A DNA stretch of 64,000 bases from Macrostomum lignano (taxonomy: Eukaryota). Made by a program: the position numbers and the translations under genes. Location: the NCBI GenBank assembly GCA_002269645.1, contig NIVC01001430.1, positions 1 through 64,000 of the forward strand. The letters run 5' to 3'. Of the stretch, positions 62,865 through 64,000 are shown piece after piece. Numbering within the stretch: the stretch's first letter is position 1; each line of letters opens with the position of its first letter. Below the pieces are notes generated by a model. It had not been told where the DNA came from. It ran no database searches and saw only the letters and a program-made list of their open reading frames with translations.

Positions 62865-64000
62865 GTAAAAGTGTACGTCTGAGCTTCTGAAACAGTGTGT
62901 ACCAGGGGAAAACCAATCATTAATCGTTTTTATCTAGTGGCGGATTCAGGAGTTTTTTTGGATGTGGCGTGTTGCCTCTTACCAATAAAGAAAGGGGCGG
63001 GAGTTTTAACGACAAATAATGTCATGTAATGTAAATGTATTTGTATTCTTCCTCTTTCGACTTATATATATATATAAGGACGCAAAGATTATGTTGGCGT
63101 CTTGCGCGCACGCGCTCGCAGAAGAGACGAGAAGAACAGTTTGTGACAGATTGTGGGGTCAGGTTAATGGCTTGTAGGTCAGACTCTAGCGTGGCGGTCA
63201 GCGTGGCGGTCCGGCCTTGGCCCCATCGGAGACGCTCGGTTGGCTGATGTAGCACGGTGAGCGCCAGCGGGTTTTGCTCCCCTCTGCCGTAGCTGCGGAG
63301 GCAGTGGCCGACGAGCATTAGCCGGCACCGCTGGAGGGTGGTACCCTCCCTCCAGCGGTGGTACCCTCCCTACCAAATTTGCATTTTGGTAGCCGCGCTT
63401 CTCCTAAATTCACCCTGCTGTATTCCATTGGAGCTCAAATTGCTCTCACATACCGAAGAAAAAATGAACCAGGGTAAAAAATTCCTTAATCGATCTCAAC
63501 TCCCGTCTCGTCTGTGTGTAATTTTAGCACTAAGTATCGATATTAGGCTAAGCCCTTTTTACTTTCTTTTGTCCGCTACTGTGGATGTGAAATAGAATGC
63601 TTTGATGTTTTATGTATAGATACGAGTATACGAAAACACAGATTGCTATGTCGCCTACTCGTAATGTTTCAGAGCAAGCATTGAAGCGACGCACGGCCAG
63701 CTCACTGGTGAAGTATTGACCGCGGTATTCGTGCTTTTACGCACAGCAACTCCCGACATTGCTGGGCTAGCTAACCCAGCTATTCTTCATCACAAGGATG
63801 TACACGTTGAAGAAGGTAACTTCTATCATAGCGATTTCTACGATACAAGATTTTGCAATTGATTACCACTTGTTGCGCGAAATTTTGTCATACGCTCGTA
63901 CATCATGATTTTAAAGCTTGTTCAAATGACTTCTGCCATCAATCGCTTTGTACAGCAATTATTCGGACTACATTTAGACATCGCATACATGTATTTTCCC

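Noticed and set aside
62935-63372. TAGTGGCGGATTCAGG terminus-like motif and ccgctggaggg/ccctccagcgg hairpin
   Set aside because: No matching opposite terminus or TSD found within the window.
63600-64000. Coding-like composition on the minus strand at the window end
   Set aside because: All frames are interrupted by stops and no motif was recognised.

Overview
Eukaryotic (metazoan) genomic DNA, not prokaryotic: GC-rich poly-Q/A/P exons, GT-AG introns, AT-rich spacers and roughly a third of the window in tandem repeats. This style resembles a free-living flatworm such as Macrostomum (inference only). Five spliced host genes can be reconstructed by hand: the CEP104 5' part (-), an R3H-domain encore/R3HDM-like protein (+), a 9-exon synaptotagmin-like Rab effector (+), a NET-family (noc/elbow, ZNF503/703) zinc-finger factor (-) and a divergent Ctr/SLC31 copper-transporter-like gene (-). 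A MULE/NOF-type DDE transposase ORF lies at the right end. Mobile elements include a 2.55-kb CMC/EnSpm-like element that supplies the Ctr stop codon, hAT-type MITEs with TSDs, a tRNA-derived CORE-like SINE and a degraded RTE-like 3' end. Almost every intron holds its own minisatellite, and one 34-bp minisatellite brackets the NET gene in inverted orientation. Most long ORFs in the supplied track are repeat artefacts. Homology calls are from recalled motifs, not database searches.
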